From: an uncultured virus (IMG/VR IMGVR_UViG_3300029319_000008)
Taxonomy: Duplodnaviria > Heunggongvirae > Uroviricota > Caudoviricetes
Reading direction: 5' to 3' (one strand)
IMG/VR virus record: IMGVR_UViG_3300029319_000008
DNA length: 64,000 nt
The notes beneath the pieces were generated by a model that was given only the letters and a program-made list of their open reading frames with translations, searched no databases and was not told the DNA's origin. The translations under genes and the position numbers were made by a program. Positions 9,401 to 22,800 of this stretch are shown here, one piece after another (the first letter of the stretch is position 1; each line of letters begins with the position of its first letter).

Positions 9401-9968
9401 AAGTTACAATATCAAGAGGTGAGTTTGGTGAAATTGTATTAATACCAACTCTTTTGTCTGCACGAACAGACATTACAATATCACCAGAATCTAAATTTGT
9501 TTGATTATTTCCAGAATCTCCAGCGTAAATATCTAATCTTTGACCAACATTGCTAACATTTGTAGAGGCAAATCCAGTAGAATATCTTGGGTTTGTGTTA
9601 TCTGGAAATACTAATGTAGGTGTAGTTGTATTTCCTAATGATGTATCTTGATGAATATGTAATCTAGCAATTGCAGTTTCTCCACCCACTGCAGTTTTAG
9701 CACCGAATGGACCTAATTTTGCAATACTATTAAGACCAGCAGAAATTACTGGCACACCAGAAATATCGTTTGCTCTAAAAGAATCTCCAGTAGTTGTATT
9801 AGTGTTTAATGTAAGTATTTGACCTAAAGATGCATGAAATGATATAGCGTTATCATTAGACACTCTCAAAGTAATAGGGTTATTATCAAACCCTTTAAAT
9901 TCAATTTTCGGTTCGTCGGTTTCTCCCACATTGGGAGTTATTAGAATGTCCTTATCAGTATTTGCCAT
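6471..9968 (-). CDS. Tail fibre / receptor-binding-like protein, 1165 aa
   Basis: MANTDKDILITPN N-terminus, RVGINT/RVGIGT fibre repeats, C-terminal FRIPHP...LVHSFVEGP domain. Confidence 0.8.
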   Translation of the reverse strand: MANTDKDILITPNVGETDEPKIEFKGFDNNPITLRVSNDNAISFHASLGQILTLNTNTTTGDSFRANDISGVPVISAGLNSIAKLGPFGAKTAVGGETAIARLHIHQDTSLGNTTTPTLVFPDNTNPRYSTGFASTNVSNVGQRLDIYAGDSGNNQTNLDSGDIVMSVRADKRVGINTISPNSPLDIVTLPSTTFANQGDLGPEFRSADGNYRWRFTTNTDSNRWYFRWKVPNGSGGSTNDALWMRSRTDQRGPEQWRFRAYGRNYDSSTEQLRDILYLDSYRVGINLTGGFNGAAKLDVNGQTYLRDHVGIRRWGPSTSHMIRGYDQFDYRYSGHSMMYLLGYYNNRQMHSWRTQYTVRNLAYYRNWSRYFESNTGSTQGGRPKYENPIASITTNQGVNTSDSKIVFADVMKQYGPIGANYEDDGYKIVKIEIGNYSRTATANGSGGFTLNNVARNVWVYVEKTTDNSMTGGEEGHKFHYNQGLTMSNTGLGTAAGGTNGDINDTNGSNSGTFNRNINCYRPGTSDTDPYPERFLVRLNNPGWDELFTDTITAAGTYSFTNGSTVNFTPPDNARVKGRWNRVGLFNTGTGANTALDVGWNDRFTMYYLPPQGTALPYSTTVPANGAGSGERGKAVYVNNTRSSSYNITTQTGYGTTYSDFSMSFQGRPGEMYVANGNQQDAFLDSIYPSLNYAYSRAGYTDKRNYATAYIGYGEGVRGLMYNVYGGRYVNQRAVRGFCRNYRNGRVDNAYDFEGDMYNGISGGTGGSPGYVANARGIYTYQDTRRGSRTNIKYGGYFYHRIGTSIEDRVYGTIVNNAYGLQIYTRMDGGTTSTIRGISIGSNIRGINWRTSDRDSAGNIPSNINAENIYGLYVSNETRNYFSGRVGIGTNAASGIQLDVTGEMRCPTITTNTIRFRQTGYGTNSDPYGFRFVTPSSNTSRLELHLNDDSNEEFAIYGYSCSGYSCGEWSGNKYHYFRSNGDAYHEGTLTKGSGTFRIPHPLPALTETKDLVHSFVEGPRPDLIYRNKVALVNGTATVNMDEAVGLTPGTWELLCRDPQVFVTNNQGWTQVRATVTEAGVISIEAQDSSCTDTIDWMVVAERQDAKIKEANWTDDDGKTILEPDKSERPGDDYPNYEAFLAEEPENKSDHFDGQETPDPDDEMLE

Positions 9969-9991
9969 TGATCAGATCTTTCCTATGTGAT

Positions 9992-9999
9992 TATTTATA
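9992..9999 (-). promoter_or_regulatory. T4-type late promoter TATAAATA
   Basis: Exact consensus 23 nt upstream of the 1165-aa gene start. Confidence 0.75.
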
Positions 10000-10078
10000 A
10001 ATTAACCCTACGACGTAGTGCTTCAAAATTTTGAGCAACTTCTTCAGTAGAAAGGTTAGCTCCATGAATTGCTGACAT
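9995..10078 (-). pseudogene. 27-aa remnant of an internally deleted LamG-like paralog (MSAIHGANLSTEEVAQNFEALRRRVNL)
   Basis: The N-terminus matches the neighbour's MSAIFGTNL and the C-terminus matches its LSVNEIVNNYDAFVSRY; the ~200 aa between are missing. Confidence 0.75.
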
Positions 10079-10083
10079 ATTTT

Positions 10084-10776
10084 TTAAGTATATCTAGAAA
10101 CAAATGCATCATAATTATTCACAATTTCATTTACTGAAAGTGCCCTATTGTATATACCAAAAATACCTAATCTACCTTTTAAGTAGTCAGGATAATTAGT
10201 TGGATCTTGAATTCTTCCAACATATCTTAACTCAAGATTATCTCCTACTGAGAATGACTCAACTTCAACACCATCTAAGTATGTTTTTGCAGTGTTAGAA
10301 TTAAAATTCATACAAATATTCATCCATTTTCCAGAAGTCATTCCAGCAACAGAATGATTTGGTGTAGTGTCACTTGCAATATCTACTGGATTAGAGTTTA
10401 AATTTGTTTCAAATCCAAATCCACCATTATATAAAGCAAACACTCTATTATAACCAGATTCTCCTCTAACTAAAATTCTACTATTTACAGTTTTACCTGA
10501 AGTAAATGAACTAAAATCAGTTACATACACCCAAGCAAACCAAGCAGATCCACTACGTGCTAAAGTTATAGTTGGAAATTGAATGTAATCATTACTACCA
10601 TCAAAATTCATATAATTTGATGAGAAACTAGGACTACCATATAAAGTCCCAGTTCTAGAGTTACCAGATAAATCAAAAATACTATCACCAGATCCTGGAT
10701 AAGAACCAGGATTATTAGGATCAAATAATATTTCTAAACCATCAGTTGCTAAATTAGTTCCGAAAATTGCACTCAT
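10084..10776 (-). CDS. LamG/concanavalin-A-like lectin-fold virion protein, 230 aa
   Basis: TDGL...SYPGSG...DLSGN...FDGSNDY...W...YLDG...YNRALSVNEI..NY pattern; GGAGG Shine-Dalgarno. Confidence 0.85.
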   Translation of the reverse strand: MSAIFGTNLATDGLEILFDPNNPGSYPGSGDSIFDLSGNSRTGTLYGSPSFSSNYMNFDGSNDYIQFPTITLARSGSAWFAWVYVTDFSSFTSGKTVNSRILVRGESGYNRVFALYNGGFGFETNLNSNPVDIASDTTPNHSVAGMTSGKWMNICMNFNSNTAKTYLDGVEVESFSVGDNLELRYVGRIQDPTNYPDYLKGRLGIFGIYNRALSVNEIVNNYDAFVSRYT

Positions 10777-10810
10777 GATTCTACCTCCATATTAGTTACA
10801 TAGATTGTAC

Positions 10811-13800
10811 TCATTTTTCTACCTCCATTTCTACCTCCATCTTAGGTACATCCTTACGCTCTGCTTGTACAAAATAGAATGCATCACCACCACCAGTAAC
10901 AATTTTATTATCACTAATGTGGATAACACAACGTTCACCAGGACCAATTCCAGTTAATTGAACTGTAATTGTATCTTCATCAACAAGTTGTAACCAGTAA
11001 TCTGGTAGTGTAATTACACCATCCTTAACACGTCCACGAACATACACACCATGCTCAGGACCTTCAAGTGAACCATGCTGAAGTTTGTAGTTTTCCTTAG
11101 TTGGGTGATCGATAAGGAATGACTTACTCTTAGCAGAAAAAGTACCATTAACAGTTAACGTATGTGTTGGAACATTAAGTCCAGTAAACATACCAACTCT
11201 TGAGGTGGTAACATCATTAGCATCAGATCTCTGATACATGCTGAAGACATGATCACCATTACTATTAGTAATTCTCAGAATGTCATTTGGAGAGATATTA
11301 GCATCATTCCAAATGTTCCATCTTACTGTACCTTGACGTGCAAGACCAATACCAATATCTCTGTCAAACGCATTATCAAGAGTAAAGAGTGAAGGATAAC
11401 CAGCATCACTATCAAAGTTTTTAAAGAGAATACCAGCACCAGAAGCAGATTGAGCATATCCTGCTCCACCAGAAGCATTAACGGTTAACTTAGAACCAAT
11501 GTTTGCAGCAGTAACTCCGATGCCGACGTTACCATTGTATCTGATTCTGACTCTTTCATAGAAATCTGTATCACGAACACCAAATACAAGATCAGCACGA
11601 TAATCACCTGCTTTAACTGCAGTAACTCTTGCAGAAGAATATCTTTGACCATCACTTGCTCTACCTGCTTGTAAGTAAAGTGATGCAAATGTAGAAGCAT
11701 TTCCTGCTTCACTATTCAGAATTGCAAGTTCATGTGGGAATGGTGTATAAGTATTAGCAGTATTTAATTGTGGGTTCCATGCAGTGGTGTTTGTAACTTC
11801 TTGTTTGAGTTGACCTGTTAAGGTTCCACCTGATAAAGGTAAGTTTTCAGAAGCAAGACCAATTAAATCACCATAAGCATTTCTAAATCCAATATCACCA
11901 CTTGAATCTCTAATTACACCTTGACCATTTGCTGTTGCATCATATGCAGCATTAACACTATCAACACCATTTGCAAATGTAATGTTTCCTGCATGCCAGA
12001 TATTGTTACCATTAACTTGAGCAGCATTTGCTTGGAAGTTAATAGTACCAGTACCAACAGTAGAAGTACCACCAGAAGCAAGAATTCTTACGTCGTAACC
12101 ATCAGGATTTGGATCACCATTTGCTAAAGTAAATTCATTACCACTAGTAAAGAATCTAATTTGTCCACTTGTAGATTCTCTTTCATTTCCAAGAGAAATT
12201 ACAGGGTTACCTGTACCATCAGCAAATAACTTATGCTTATTAATTGAGTATGAAGTTGAAGATGTTAATCCAAAATCAGCAATACTATAATAAGTTGCAG
12301 GGTTTACTGCTGTACCAAATTTAGTAACAGTGTTATTAAGAACACCAGAAATAAGTTCTGCTTCAACTTTAGTATGTGAAAGTTGTGATGCTCTATCCCA
12401 TCTTACTCCACTTACAGTTCCATCATTTGGACCATGAATTGGAATAATATTAGGTCTTGAACTTACATAAGTAAATCCAACACTACCATCTGTTGCAGCA
12501 CCTGCAGTATGAGAAGGTCCATTACCAGATGCAGAAGTTGTACCTGCAGTAGTAACTGTATAAAGGTATTGATTTGCAATTACTAAAGTACCAACTCCAA
12601 GAACTAAATTATTAGCATAATTTGTTGGTGTTCTAATAAAATCTTCTGTAATGTAAATGTTATTATTGTATTGAACTTCTCTACTAGGTGGAATACCTTC
12701 AGAAACAAATCTAAATTCAGCAGTACCATTATACACAGCACCACTTGTATGATTTAATGAAGTAGTTCCAGATTTACCAGCAACAGTTACTTCATATAAG
12801 TAAACAGTTTCACCTAAAGTTCCTGCAATAATTACGTAAATTAATTGTCCTACTGTATAATCAGTTTCTGGATCAAAGTCAACTGCAGTAACATTTGAAT
12901 ATCCAAGTTCCCAAACATTATCTGCTTCATATTGTGGAGTAACATTTAATACGTTAATTGTACCTTGGTTAACGTTATTATCTGTGTAAAGATTTAATGT
13001 ATAGAAAGTATCTCCATTTTGGTTTGCACTAGATCCACCAGTGTCAAGAACTTGAAGATCATCATTGGTTAAAAGAATATTATCAAGAATAAACTCATAA
13101 ACAGAACCATTGTTAATTTGAACTTGTGGATCAAATCTAGTAACGCTTAATGAATCAATAATAGATTTAGGACTTAAACTTTGTGGTAATCTTCTATTTG
13201 AAAGATAACCGTTATTAATATTAACAGCAGATCTATAGAATGTACCTGATTTAGTACCTAAGAATTCTGAATCCATTCCAGAACCAAGTCCTTGGTTCCC
13301 ACTTGTCCATACCTTATACCAAGAACTCCATAAGTTATCATTAATTTCTGCAAGGTTAGCAGTCAATTCTGCACCAAGAGAACCTATAAAATCAAATACT
13401 GCAGTTCCAGATGTTGCTTGAGCAGCACCACTAGTATGAGTAGGATCAGTAGTTCCAGATGTACCTGATACAGTTACGTTGTATAATCTACCAAATCCAA
13501 TAGTTTCTGGTACATATACTTTAGTGTTGATGCCATAAGTTTGTCCAGATGTCCATCTTACATAACCAGAATCATATTGACGACCATTTTTTAGTCCAAA
13601 TACATTTTCAGGTAAAACACAAGTAAAGATTGCTGGAGCATTACCAGTTTCATTATATCCATAACCAGTGTCTACAATAGCAACATTAGAAATTTGACCA
13701 GAAGCATTAACTGTAATATCTGCTTTAAGTCCATATCCTTCACCACCACCTAGTTTGACTGACTTATATACTCCAGGAGTATATCCATTACCTGCTTTTG

Positions 13801-16800
13801 TGATTGCAATAGAACCAACAAAGTTACCACCGTGACCACGAATCCATTGGTTATTATTATCAGTAAGTGCAATTTCAGTTATTGCATATCCATCAAACGT
13901 TGTACCATCAGCAGTACCTCTTCTTGATCCATAAACAGTATGATCGCTACCACCATCAAATAAAGAGTTATCAGCATTCTTTTTCCATTGACCTCTAGTT
14001 CCAAGAGGTGCGTTAGAAGGTGCTTGAGTTGTTTGTCTAAGATCAGAAAGGTTAAGGTTTAATGATTGAGTTGCAACACCAGTAATATCAATTGTATATA
14101 CACCTGATAATCTGTTTTCATTTAATCTACCAGTATTAATATTGTCTGCATCTCTATAGTAACTACCTTCTTCTCCATCAAGTTTATCAGCATCTAATCC
14201 AGATCCACCACCAGTTTTAAGAGTAAGAGCACCATCGATTCCAAAATCCCATTGAGATTTATAGAATCTCCAAACACCTACGTTACTAAAGTCGTCACCA
14301 GCAATAGTTAAGTTATCACCACGTTTAACATCAAGAGTAATATCATTAAAGAACTTAGAAACAGTTGCTTGTTTTGCCTCAATATCTGCACCAGATCCAG
14401 ATCCATTTACAGATCCTGGTAATGTAGTAATATCAAAATCAGCATTATATCCAATACCACCTTCAACTACAGCAACTCTTGAAATAACACCATCATCTAT
14501 AGTTGCAGTTGCAGCAGCACTGTTACCAACTCCTTGGAATTCAATTAAAGGTGCAGTAGAAAATCCACTACCACCATCAATAATTCTAACTTCAGTAACA
14601 ACACCTTGACTAGTAATTGCTTTACCAACAACGTTAACTATTACATTACCATTACTATCTTTAAAAATAACTCTAGGAGGTTCTTCAGCAAATTGTACAG
14701 GAGTAACGTTTTCGTCAATAACTAAACGATATCCAGTACCTCCATTAGTAACTGAGATACTTTTTACAGCACCATCAGATACTGTAAAATTAGCAATCAA
14801 TCCACTACCTTGACCACCTGTTACTGTTTGTCCGTTATATGTACCAGTTGTATATCCAGATCCACCATTTGTAATTTCAATAGCATCAATGTAACTTAAT
14901 CTTGAATTAGAAGAACCAAAAAGTAATGGAGTTTCTGTTGAAAGTGGTTTAAGTGAAGAAACTGCAGGAGCAAATGTAGAATCACCTCTAAGGAATGAGT
15001 TAGCATTCGCAGGGAAGTTTGCTGAAATATTTGCTAATCGTGATGGATTAATAACACCCGTTGTAATAGATGCAGCATCAATGTTAGTTGATGTCAACTG
15101 AACCCAGTTTGCTTCTAATGAACCAGATGTATTAACAACATTATTTACATTAACTGTTCGTGGAATATTAGTAGCAACAGGAGTATTTGCTGTTCCTCCC
15201 ATTCCAGAATGACCTGAACAATAGTAATAAAGAGTAGGAGTGCTTGCACCAACAACAATTGTTGTTTTTCCATCTACGCCAGGTGTTCCTGTTATTGTAA
15301 CTCCTGTTGTGTATTCGGTTCCTCCTCCCCATGTACCGTTTGCTGTTGTACTAAATCTGAGAGGGTGTGTAAGGTTACTGTTGTTAGATTGATCAAATTC
15401 GTATGTATTACCTTCTATTAATTCTAAAACAGGTGCTTCAACAGCATCTATATAAAACTTATTATTACCACTAAGATTATTTTGTACTGTTACATTCTTA
15501 GTAATTGTTTCTGGAGGTGGTGGAATACTTGATTCATCATCAATTGCATCTCCAGCAGCAAATTTAATGTTACCAATTAGAGTAACTGCTAATCTACTTC
15601 TAATATTAACACTAGCACTTGCACTAGTTCCATTAGTACCAGTGTTATCAAATGTAACAGATGGAACTGATTCATAACCAGAACCTCTGGTGGTAATAGT
15701 AATTTCAGAAATACGGTTATTATCAATTGATACAGTACCTGCTGCAGCAACACCAACATATTCAAATGTTACTGTTCCATCGTTTGCTGATCCTGAAGTA
15801 TGATTAGGACCACTTCCACCAGATGCAGTGGTACCAGATGTAGTTACATTATAAAGATTTCCATTTGCTGCAACTTGAGCACCAGAACTATAACCAGTGC
15901 TATTTGCATATTGAACACCAATAGTAATAGTAGGAGCAGAAGTATATCCAGAACCACCACTTACAATAGTGACGATTGGAGAAACCTCACCCTGAATATA
16001 TGATGTTAGAGTACCTTGTGCAGTAGATGGAGTACCGCTTATAACAGTATTTGTAGTAAATTGGAAGTCAGGATTTGGAGTAAACTCAATAATTTGAGAG
16101 TATGAATCATTATTAAGAATATATGAGATATTATTTGGTGCTAATTGAATTACAATATCACCAGCAAGTGGACCTTCTAATGCAAGACGACCTGCCAAAT
16201 CTGGAACAGTAAAGACGTTAAATGGTCTTAATGCAGGAATTTGATCAATATTAATACGTCCAGTAGAATCTAATTGTACAAGGTTACCAGGTGAAGGTGT
16301 TGTACCATATGGTTGGTTTTTATAGTCACCATAGTTATTAGTAATATAACCTCTAATAGATGCTTGAGTTGCTAAGATTCTTTCACTTTGTTGTTCAGTA
16401 GATCCAAGAGAAATATCACCTAATTTATCATCTCCAGAGAATCCAACAATTTCAATGTCACCACCCTTAATTTTTAGGAATGCAACTTCTTCAATTTCAA
16501 CAGTACCACCAAAGGTGATATTACCAGTTCTGTTTTCAATGTTAGCAAAATAACCAACTTTAAAGTTACCAAGTTCATCAGTACCTGATGCATAAACACG
16601 ACCATTGACTTGTGATACCTGTTCAAAATCTTCAGTGTTTTCAGAACCTCTCTTACCACCATTTTGTGGAAGAGCATTATAGTCAATACCTGAACCAGAA
16701 AATTCCCAAGTATGAGAAGAAGAGTTACAAATAGATGGTCTATGAAGATTAATTACGTGATCAAGAAGTTTGTAACGAGTAGAGTTGTCAAGTAAGAATT

Positions 16801-19800
16801 GACCATCATTTCTAACAGCACCAGAAGGTAAAGTATCTGTTGAAGTTGGATTGTCAATAATTTCATCAATTAGTGTATTAAGAGTGTTAATTGCTGTTTG
16901 AACGTTAGCACAATCTGAATTACTATAAAGATCACTTGCAGTTCCTGTTTGACCAGCAGGACTGGATACATCATGAGTAACAGTTGTATCTACGTATGGA
17001 ACTACAGTTGTGTATTGTGCAACATAATATCCTGCACTAGTTTCTGCAGTTGTTAACGTAGTACCAATTTTTTTAAGTTGATTATTAATTGCTTTTTTGC
17101 AAAGAATAGTCGCTTCATCAAATACTGCCTTAGTTGCTGCAGTATATCCACTAATATGAGCAATAGCATTACTTTCTACATAGAGTTTACCTGCATCCCA
17201 AGTAAATGCGTTACCATCATCTCTAATATCATCAGCAATCGCTTGAACAATTAATTCAGTGTCTCTGATACACTTAGTGTAGTTTGGTGAGAATGAATGT
17301 GTATTGGAATATAGTTCTGTATAAAATGCCTCTTCTGCAATGTATTTTTTATTTCTTTCAATAAGAACAGCAGCATCAGTATATCTGTTTGCATTACCAA
17401 TCAGATACATATTAGCATCTGCTTGAACAGTTGCAGTGGTTTGACCTACTTGAAGAACAGAATCAATAAAGTATTCTGGGTTATTATTACCAGTTCTTAA
17501 AACTGATTTAATACCATCAATTTTAATAATATAATGTTCTCTAGGTTCTTGATTAATATCTGCAATTTCAAAAGATGGAGTACCAATTAAGTCAAAAGTA
17601 ATATTATCAACTTTACCTACGTCAAAACTGTAAGGATCTTCACGGAAACCACTTGCTCTAAGTGCAAATAAACCAAAGTTAGATGCTGAGTTAGTTAGTG
17701 ATGCATAACCACCAGATTCAACTAAAGCACCATCTCTTGTAAAGATACAGAAAACAGAAACTAACTGAGTGTATCCATCATTAAGAACTCGGTAACCAGT
17801 ACCACCAAAAGAAATAATCGTAAACGCAGCAGCAACCATTGACTTACCTTGTTCAGGTAATCCAGGTCTAATAATATTAGGTGTAGCAACCTTAGCACCA
17901 TCAATTTCGCAACCAGATCCTCCAAGGAATGAAATTACTGAAGAGTTAAAGATGTAAGGTGAAACTTCAATAACAGGAAGATCTAAGAAGTTTCTAGCAA
18001 ACGTAATAAATTTTGATCCATTATCTACAAATGTTTTTTCTGGTAAAGTTACAGCAGGAGCAGTTCCACCAGAAATTACTGTGTCAATAATTTCAAAATA
18101 AGTGTAAATTGCTGATTGAACATTTGAACATACATAATCTCTATTTGCTTCATATGTGTTAGAAATTGTAGTGTCTCTAAAAGTAGTTTCAGATGATGTT
18201 CCTGCAGGTACTAAATTGTCAGATCTATAAAACTTAGATGTTGCAGTTGCAAATGCAACAACTTCATCATAACTTGTTGCAATAGTAGTAAAATTAATAC
18301 CAGGAGTATTTGCAATTACATTCCAAGCACGTCCGTCATAAGAACTTACTAATCCATCATCAGTTGTACACCAGAATTGATAACCATCATGATATAGTTT
18401 ATTATTATTTTTACCAGATGGTGTCCTTGTAACACCACTTAATGTTCCAGCAGCAAAAGCTACACCAACATTAAGAGTAATTGTTGTAGCGGTTACAGAA
18501 TCTATGTTTATTGCAGTATCATAATATGGATCACTAGGACGTGGATATGCTTTTTGACTAGTATTACCATCTAAGTCACATGTAAATATTAATGAACCAT
18601 TTTTAATTTTAACACTTGTATTTGCACTTAATGAATGAGATCCAATAGTTAATTCTAATAAACCTGTTGTTGGGTTATAAGTTGCATCACTAACATCATG
18701 ATTTACAATAGGTGATGCTCCAACATTAATTGTAAAAGTATTGGTATCTGCTGCTGTAATAGCAATAGTTTGTCCAGATACAGGATCAGTAGATCTTGGA
18801 TATGTTTTAGTTGCTGTATTACCATCCATATCACAAGTGAAGGATAGTGCATTATCAGCAATAGAAATTGTATTTGATGTTGTTAATCCATGGTTAGAAG
18901 AGGTAATAACCATATTACCATCATTAGGAGTGTATACAATATCAGTAATTGGGTTAGGTAAAGCACCAGCATTACTTGTAACTGTTCCTGATACAAATGT
19001 ATGAGTGTATCCACCACCTGATTGGACTGCATTACTTACTGTACCACCTACCCATGTATGATCTCCACCACCAGCACCAATTGCATTTGTAAGAATATCA
19101 AACAATATAGTGATAGCAGATTTTACATTTGTACACTTAAATGTTTCATCACCAGCAGGACCTACATTAACTGTAAATGTATTTGTAGTTACTGAAGATA
19201 CCGCTAATATTCCATTATTTAATTCTGCTGTTGATTGAGATGCAGGATCAGTAGGTCTTGGATAACTATGATTAGTGGCATTATTATCCATACCACAAGT
19301 AAATGTCAATCCATTATTTTCAATATAAATTGTAGATTCTGCTTTTTCAATACCATTTGTTACTGCTGATACAAATGTATGTGGATCTACATTAGTAGAG
19401 GGAGCACTTGCAAGAACTTGAACTGTAAAAGTATCTTGTGTTACGTTACTAACTGCTAACCAACGTCCACTTGCATAATCTCCTGGACGAGGATATGATT
19501 CTTCTGCTGCAGCACCTGTAGCACCGTTATATCCACAACTGAATGTTATAGATCCATCTGCAAATTTAACTTGATCACCGTTTGCAAATCCATGGTTGGC
19601 AACAGTTACCACCATAAAACCTGTATTAGGATTGTATGTTGCTGTAGATGCTGTATGTTGTGAAGGTGCTGTTAAACCATGTCCATTAATTTCAATAACC
19701 ATTTCACCTGAAGTAGGTGTATAAGTTACATCTGTAACTTGGTTTGAGAAAGTAGTTCCATCCGATTCTCTTACACCATCAGTTACTGCTGATACAAAGG

Positions 19801-22800
19801 TATGTGGAGTGTTACCACCTAAAGGATTAGGATCAGTTGTAATAGTATTATCAAATGATTGAAGAAGACCAGAAGCATAGTTTTGAACATCAGTTTCATT
19901 AAATGCTTCATTTCTCATTGCTTGAATAACGAGAACCTCTGCATAATTAAATACTTCCACTGATTCATTTTCTTCACCAGCAACGTGTGCTCCTGTTACA
20001 TAAAGATTTGCAGCGTCGTATGTTTGATCATTACCACCATATTGTAGGTCGATAACCATCGCTTCTATGAAATCAATAACATCGTCTTTACATGCTTGAT
20101 TTCCTGTTGGAATACTAAATGTAGGATTGTTTGCCAACATTTTGTTGACAGCAATCTCTGCAATCATTACTTTATTAGCAAGAATTAAATCTGCAGCGTC
20201 AGCATAACGATCTCCCACTAAAGAGTTTGCAATTCCTATTTCCCAATTAATTCCATCAGTTGATTTATAAATTACGTTTCCTGCTGCTGCAATCAATACA
20301 TCTTCATTACCAGTGATAGCACTAAATGAGGATGCTGTAGTTGTTCTTTCAGTCCAAGTAGTGCCATCTGGAGAAGTATATGCACTTCCTCCACTAGAAA
20401 CAGCAACAAACTGAGTGTTTTTATAATCCCAAATTACATCAATAACAGAGTGTGTTCCAGATCCATTAATAGGTACAAAAGAACCTCTTGCAGTCCAATC
20501 TTGACCATCATCAGAGGTAAACCATTGGGTTCCTCCAAATCCTACCCACTGTTCATTATCGTCCCAAGCAATTGTCTCAATAACTGCAGAACCAAGAGAG
20601 TTTTCAGCAATTGCCCAGTTAATACCATTTGTAGATGTAATTACTACGCCATTACCACTATTTCCACCAACTACAACAGTTGTGGTTCCATTCCAAATAA
20701 TATCTTTATAATCTGCTCCAGCAATAGGATTAGTTCTAGATGTCCAAGATGAACCATCTGTAGAAGTTAAAATATTACCAGAATCACCAACAGCAATAAA
20801 TTGAGTATTTACCCATTTAGCACTGTTTATTGATCCAACAGCAGCAGAGTTAGGAGAAATAGAAGCACCGTCAAGATATCTGATTCTATTTCTAATTGCT
20901 AAAACTGATAGTTCTCTTGCTTGTTCAAATGCAAATCTTGTCTCAGTTAATTGACTAGTGATATGTGTTAAAGCACCACCAACAATATAATTATTTGCTG
21001 CTTCTAATGATGCAGCATTACCACCATGTGCTAAGTCATATTGAACTGCATTAAGTATATGTTTAATATCAGTTTTACATTGTGATTCGTCAGGAATAAT
21101 AAGAGATGGATATTTTGCTTTAGTTCTAATTAATGCTTCATCTGCAATAAATTCTTTATTTCTTCTAATAAGGTCAGCACCGTCAAGAAATCTATGACCT
21201 TGTTTTGCTGATTCTTCAAACTTAAATGGAGAGTTTAATAAACTAAATCTAACATAGTTATCAGAAGAAGTTGCATTGGCAGCAAAAGTAGTTAATGTAA
21301 ATGGGTTTGCTGGTGTACCCACTCCTGTTGCTGGAGTGTCTTTAAATACAACAAATTTTTTACTAAAACCGTCAACTTGTTCAATTCTATGAGTAACATA
21401 TTGACGACCATTAAATCTGTTAAGATCTGCACCAGTACCTGTTGATGGAAGTTGATCAAAATCTACCCATTGACCAACCTCAAAATTATGATAATTGTTT
21501 GTAACAAATACCATACCATCTGGATAAGAATCATCAAAATAACATTCTTCTAAAAGATATGCTGGATGGTTTGTTACATGTTCAACTGACTCACCCTCTG
21601 CTCTAAGTGAGAAAACTTTAGTAGCAACAAATTCATATTGTGGGATAGATGTAGTAAATGTAAATGATGCACTTCCGTTAGTTGCAACACCACTAACATG
21701 AGATGGTGCAACAGTTCCTGATGTACCAGCAGTTGTTACTTCATATTGTACTGTATCTGTAAATACTACTTGTCCTAATGTATATGCAGTTTCTTGTTTC
21801 CATCTTACAGCACCAGCAACAGGGACAGGAGTATACTTATATGTGTCACCTTGTTCTAATGCACCTCTTACTTCATTAACAACAATAAAACCTAAATCTT
21901 GAGAAGTTCTTTCTGCTACAATATCACTTTCTGGAAGACCAAAACTTTTCTCAGTAATAATTGCTCTAGAACCAGTTGCAACACCAGCAATCTCATCACC
22001 TACTTCAAATTCAGGATCGTTTATATTACCACGGTTAAATTGAATTCTAAAAATACCTTCACCAAAAATTTGGTAACCAATCGGTAAATCTCTACCAAAT
22101 TGTCCACCAAGTGTTTTATCGTAATAAATTCTTTGCTTATCATCAAAAACGTAAGCGTACGCCCATGTTCCAACTGGTTCTTCAAATCCTTCAGAGTTCG
22201 TTTGAATCTTGTCACGGAATGTGACACCAATCATATAGTTCTCATTCTGATTCTTGAACATGTGCTTATTCGGATTTCTCGGACGAATAATACACAAACG
22301 AATGTTATCACCAACAACTGAACATTTGTCAGGAATAGAAATTGGGTTGTCTTCTAAGTAATCACCACCAGCAACAATTAAGGTCTCCTTGTCAGGAGTA
22401 GTACCAGCAATCTGTGCTGCTTTTTTAATAGATCTTACAGGTTTCGTTGCAGAACGACCATCAAAGTCGTCGTTACCAATCTGCTCAGAAACGTAAATAC
22501 GACCACCAACGTCATTGGTAGCAATATTGTAAACAAAGTTTGTAGTTGCAACTTTGTCAGTATCATCATCAAATGCAGGAGTTTCAGAAGTTGGGAAGAA
22601 CGTAACACCAGTTTCTGGGTCAACGAAGGATTGAAGGTTAGGTGCTTTTAAATTTAATCTAGGGTTAACAATTGTATCAATATCAAGGTTATTAATACGT
22701 GCAGTGTCAGAAATAATAGAAGTAGTAGTTCTAATCTGACCCTCAACATCAAGTTCATACTGAGGCGACAGCGTGTTAATGCCGACACGAACAAGTTTAT

